Of a stretch of 64,000 nucleotides of DNA, positions 62,515-64,000 are shown one piece after another; position 1 is the first letter of the stretch; every line of letters begins with the position of its first letter. Position numbers and translations under genes: made by a program. The stretch spans positions 166,346,001 to 166,410,000 of the forward strand of contig NC_086101.1 in the NCBI RefSeq assembly GCF_963921235.1, given 5' to 3'. The notes beneath the pieces were generated by a model, which was not told the DNA's origin, made no database searches, and saw nothing but the letters and a program-made list of their open reading frames with translations. This stretch comes from Mobula hypostoma. Lineage: Eukaryota.

Positions 62515-63305
62515 TTAGTCATAGTCATACTTTATTGATCCTGGGGGAAATTGGTTTTTGTTACAGTTGCACCATAAATAATTAAATAGTAATAAAACCA
62601 TAAATAGTTAAATAGTAATATGTAAATTATGCCAGGAAATAAGTCCAGGACCAGCCTATTGGCTGAGGGTGTCTGACCCTCCAAGGGAGGAGTTGTAAAG
62701 TTTGATGGCCACAGGCAGGAATGACTTCCTGTGACGCTCTGTGTTGTATCTCGGTGGAATGAGTCTCTGGCTGAATGTACTCCTGTGCCCAACCAGTCCA
62801 TTATGTAGTGGATGGGAGACATTTTCCAAGATGGCATGCAACTTGGACAGCATCCTCTTTTCAGACGCCACCGTCAGAGAGTCCAGTTCCATCCCCACAA
62901 CATCACTGGCCTTACGAATGAGTTTGTTGATTCTGTTGGTGTCTGCTACCCTCAGCCTGCTGCCCCAGCACACAACAGCAAACCTGATCGCACTGGCCAC
63001 CACAGACTTGGAGAACATCCTCAGCATTGTCCGGCAGATGTTAAAGGACCTCAGTCTCCTCAGGAAATAGAGACGGCTCTGACCCTTCTTGTAGACAGCC
63101 TCAGTGTTCTTTGACCAGTCCAGTTTATTGTCAATTCGTATCCCCAGGTATTTGTAATCCTCCACCATGTCCACACTGACCCCCTGGATGGAAACAGGGG
63201 TCACCGGTACCTTAGCTCTCCTCATTCTACCACCAGCTCCTTAGTCTTTTGCACATTAAGCTGCAGGTAATTCTGCTCACACCATGTGACAAAGTTTCCT
63301 ACCGT
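62515..63305 (-). mobile_element. Rex1-type LINE 3' fragment
   Basis: ORF 62656..63225: YKYLG...KKGQSRLYFLRRLRSF...SFLPVAIKLYN; (TATGAC)n tail. Confidence 0.88.
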
Positions 63306-64000
63306 AGCCCCCTACCCCCTGCCCAGGAAGGAATGATCACTGGTTGTTTTTTTTAATCTGTGCTTTTCTTAGATGCTTGTCATTGCTAACTGTTAATCCC
63401 CATAAATAATGGTCCACAATCTATTTTAAACAACTATCACCTATCCATGACAATTTCCTTTATTTGGCTTGAAGATCTGAGTTTCAGAATCAATGATGTC
63501 AATGTACATCTTCATTAAATGGCCTCCCCAAAGGCCACACATGATATGATTGCTTATCAATCATTTCATTGCACAATGCACAATCTTGGGTGGTCCACAC
63601 TGTTGTTGATTCTTCAATATATTTATCCAGAAAACCATCCTGTGTTCACTTCAGGAATTCCTCCAGCAAGCATCATTACTAATGGTTAGCTGTATCCATG
63701 TGTAGATTAAAGTATTTGTAAAGTACTGTTAATTTTTATTGCATGTATGTCTAATTTCTTGTTTAATATCCCCAATATCACCCCCTACTGTTTTCAACTC
63801 CATCAGAACAAGTAACAAGGTCTCAGGAACTTGCATCTCTCCACTTAAACCATTCATCGAGCCATGCATTAATCCAATTTATCCTTTTACTTGTACTCTG
63901 ACTGGCAAATGATACAGGAAATATCATTTAGGTTCTTGTGTTTAATTTGCTTACCCTACATTCAGTTCAAAGATCTCATCCCTTGCCATTGGTGGTGATA

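Overview
Repeat-rich vertebrate genomic DNA. The CR1/Rex1/Penelope/L1 mix suggests a cartilaginous fish, probably a ray (inference). Most long ORFs in the supplied track are retrotransposon fragments. Three host genes, made of short exons the ORF track largely misses, were reconstructed by hand from splice signals and reading-frame phase. (1) A complete 9-exon CENPH on the minus strand (43087 to 19530). (2) The first two coding exons of KGD4/MRPS36 on the minus strand (16577 to 9491; the rest lies left of the window). (3) A plus-strand gene I do not recognise: a non-coding exon 1 ending at 43441 and five phase-compatible coding exons at 46738-61321, incomplete. It encodes a basic, S/T-P-rich N-terminus followed by one predicted transmembrane helix. 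It shares a CpG-island bidirectional promoter (CCAAT boxes, CDE/CHR) with CENPH. The most notable repeat feature is a Penelope-derived short element family, about ten copies, carrying a minimal type I hammerhead ribozyme motif (CTGANGA...GAAAC-GTC). It often inserts as fold-back palindromes with 11-15 bp target-site duplications, and two core-intact copies lie in sense orientation in CENPH intron 1. Also present: a near-complete CR1 nested in a Tigger fossil, a young L1 with an open ORF2, an internally deleted HERO element, hAT MITEs and CORE-type SINEs with different tails. All calls are by eye; no database searches were run.
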